From an uncultured Solirubrobacteraceae bacterium (GTDB lineage Bacteria; Actinomycetota; Thermoleophilia; Solirubrobacterales; Solirubrobacteraceae): a DNA stretch of 64,000 nucleotides. Below, one piece after another: positions 62,963-64,000 of this stretch (the stretch's first letter is position 1; the number at the start of each line of letters is the position of its first letter). The stretch covers positions 47,405 to 111,404 of the forward strand of contig CAVTOZ010000004.1 of assembly GCA_963736505.1 (NCBI GenBank), given 5' to 3'. The notes under the pieces were generated by a model. That model had not been told where the DNA came from. It saw nothing but the letters and a program-made list of their open reading frames with translations, and made no database searches. Position numbers and translations under genes: made by a program.

Positions 62963-63660
62963 TCGTCCGCCCCCGTGAAGCGGAACCCGACGCCGCGCAC
63001 GGTGTGCAGGAAGCGCGGCTCGGCCGGATCGTCGCCGAGCTTGCCGCGCAGCCAGCGCACGTGCACGTCGAGCGTCTTGGTCGAGCCGAACCAGTTCTCG
63101 TCCCACACGCGCGCCATCAGGTCCTCGCGCGTAACGACCTCGCCGGCGTGTGCGACGAGCTCCGTGAGCAGGTCGAACTCCTTGCGCGAGAGCTGCAGCT
63201 CCTGCTCGTCCAGCCAGACCCGCCGCGAGGCGCCGTCCACGCGCAGCGGCCCGATCTCGACCACGGCCGAGGCCGCCGCCGCCGGCGGCCCCGCCCGCCG
63301 CAGCACGGCCCGCATGCGCGCGATCACCTCGGCGCCGCTGAACGGCTTGACCACGTAGTCGTCGGCGCCCAGCTCGAGGCCCAGCACGCGCTCGAGCTCG
63401 GTCCCGCGCGCCGTCAGGACGATGATCGGGACGTCGGAGACCGCGCGCAGCTCGCGGCACAGGTCGCGCCCGTCGCCGTCGGGCAGCCCGAGGTCGAGCA
63501 GCACGAGCGCCGGCGCCCGCTCGGCGAACGCCGAGCGGGCCTCGGCCAGCGTCTCCGCGACGAGGGGCTCGAACCCCTCGCGCGTCAGCGCGGCCGAGAA
63601 CGGCTCAGAGATTGAGGGCTCGTCTTCGACGAACAGGACCAGCGGCCGGCCTGCGTTCAC
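62950..63660 (-). CDS. OmpR-family response regulator
   Basis: FVEDEP, LLDLGLP, DDYVVKPF, KTLDVHV, HTVRGVGF. Confidence 0.95.
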   Translation of the reverse strand: MNAGRPLVLFVEDEPSISEPFSAALTREGFEPLVAETLAEARSAFAERAPALVLLDLGLPDGDGRDLCRELRAVSDVPIIVLTARGTELERVLGLELGADDYVVKPFSGAEVIARMRAVLRRAGPPAAAASAVVEIGPLRVDGASRRVWLDEQELQLSRKEFDLLTELVAHAGEVVTREDLMARVWDENWFGSTKTLDVHVRWLRGKLGDDPAEPRFLHTVRGVGFRFTGADEWAA

Positions 63661-64000
63661 TCCTCTGAATGTAGGCGACGTGACACGGGACTCTCGAAGA
63701 TGCCGATCGACGGCAGCGCCGCGCCGTGGAAGTCGAACAGCGTCAGGTTGTCGTTCGGCGTGCCCGCGCCGGGCTGCCAGCCGACGCCCGGAACCCATTC
63801 CGGCTCCCAGTAGAAGAGCCCGTCGCCGTGCCCGCCGGGCACCGCCGCGAGGATCGAGAGCACGTCGTTGACGAAGGACAGCTGGCCGGCCGGCGACGCG
63901 GGATAGCCCGGCTCGAGCTGCGACTCCTGCCAGACGAAGTTGTTCTCCGAGTCGCCGTAGCCCAGCGTCCAGGCGTACTGGATCTCGGCGACCATGATGT
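63657..64000 (-). CDS. GH53 endo-beta-1,4-galactanase, C-terminal part
   Basis: IMVAEIQY (nucleophile Glu), GLFYWEPEW, NLTLFDFHG.ALPSI. Confidence 0.85.
   Translation of the reverse strand, partial: IMVAEIQYAWTLGYGDSENNFVWQESQLEPGYPASPAGQLSFVNDVLSILAAVPGGHGDGLFYWEPEWVPGVGWQPGAGTPNDNLTLFDFHGAALPSIGIFESPVSRRLHSEE

Overview
High-GC actinobacterial DNA, probably Thermoleophilia/Solirubrobacterales (inferred from gene content and a recurring C-terminal '...TGxYxKTLTFTLSTTxP' domain). The left ~24.8 kb is accessory and decayed. It holds a LuxR-type AAA regulator fused to an epoxide hydrolase, a MacAB-like exporter with its two-component system, a large secreted GH3, two ECF sigma modules, a VapBC pair, and many gene or IS fragments (IS1182, IS110, IS3, integrase, galU, TetR, LuxR-HTH), ending at tRNA-Val. 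Seven single-base indels, all in homopolymer runs, fall in this half and none were seen in the core half. The right ~39 kb is mostly core: tRNA-Glu, tRNA-Lys, xylA with a ROK repressor, recQ, a dispersed purine cluster (purH N F L Q S C B E D), clpB, an ApbE/ferric-reductase/ferredoxin cluster with a two-component system, and the 3' end of a GH53. Best leads: (1) an intact IS110 whose 3' non-coding end folds into two internal-loop hairpins whose loops match the reconstructed target site and the circle junction, i.e. a readable bridge-RNA-like guide, inserted silently in a CTAG shared by two convergent stop codons; (2) tRNA-Glu followed by a perfect LexA box and a free-standing HTH-LAGLIDADG-like gene; (3) a lineage-type C-terminal domain present twice; (4) an ApbE cluster lacking canonical flavinylation substrates. 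All calls are by eye; no searches or folding programs were run.
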